Source: Saprolegnia diclina VS20
Lineage: Eukaryota
Length of the DNA stretch: 32,625 nucleotides
NCBI RefSeq assembly: GCF_000281045.1
Contig: NW_008246072.1
Location: 660,434 to 693,058, forward strand
Reading direction: 5' to 3'
Part shown: in pieces, positions 32,057 through 32,625 of the stretch
Layout: every line of letters starts with the position of its first letter
Numbering within the stretch: position 1 is the first letter of the stretch
Translations under genes and position numbers: made by a program
The notes under the pieces: model-generated
The model's input: only the letters and a program-made list of their open reading frames with translations
Database searches by the model: none
Told to the model about the DNA's origin: nothing

Positions 32057-32625
32057 TGGCACCGGGAGTGTCTTGCAGTCCAGATTCGCTATACGCCGTG
32101 GTCCAATAGCGCCCACAACGTAATTTCTGCCAAGAGTATCAAGGTATCAAGTGAACGTTCATCACTGCAGCGATTGCAGTACGCCTGGCACGATCACTTT
32201 GCACGATGAGCACCTTGAACTGCAGCGCGTCGCGTGTCGGCGGCCGTGTACCTGGAGCTCTCACTTTCGCCCTATGCTCCGCGTATGTTGTGGTGTCGTC
32301 AGTGGAGCGATCGATACGTGACTACTAGGCTACAGTGTCCTATGTTGCATGACGCGGTGTAGGGCGTGACGTAAGTCGATGTATTATCCGCAGCAACAGC
32401 GCGATCGCAGTGGCATGACGCTCCAGCTCCAGGTCACCGTCGTATCCGGTGATCCGGATAACGTGGCAGCTGTGCCGGTCGGTTGTGAAAAGGGCAATCT
32501 CAAGGCTACTTGACAACGAGCAGCGAGCGAAGATGATGCGACTTCTGTTTGGATGCAACACGTATGGAAGGTTCGCCGCAGATCATTGTCATCTTTAGTA
32601 AGCTTTTCGCGCTCACACACCTTGG

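Noticed and set aside
1..32625. Non-canonical (GC-AG or AT-AC) introns, tRNA/rRNA/snRNA genes, transposase or RT domains
   Set aside because: All introns I reconstructed are GT-AG, and I recognised no RNA-gene or mobile-element signatures by eye. tRNAscan and Rfam were not run.

Overview
Gene-dense eukaryotic DNA with GC-rich exons and many short (~44-60 nt) GT-AG introns, plus two assembly gaps. Style and gene content point to an oomycete, probably Saprolegniales (inference). I reconstructed 13 intact genes by hand-splicing: TMEM138(-), EXO1(+), an Arb2/FAM172-FYVE-AGC kinase fusion(-), CCDC39(+), a membrane-anchored S53 sedolisin/TPP1-like protease(-), SKP1(+), an S10 carboxypeptidase(-), condensin kleisin NCAPH(+), TMEM184(-), a GATA-like/PHD protein(+), an anoctamin(-), a TPR/IQ/UBA-like protein(+) and a dephospho-CoA kinase(-). 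Decayed LRR-like relics lie next to the gaps. Most notable: (1) an ~869-aa AGC kinase carrying an Argonaute-chaperone-type Arb2/FAM172 domain and a FYVE finger; (2) an anoctamin in which two of the five acidic Ca2+ ligands are replaced (E->K, E->A); (3) perfect strand alternation of all 13 genes. Family calls rest on recalled motifs, not on database searches. I found no RNA genes, CRISPR arrays or intact mobile elements.
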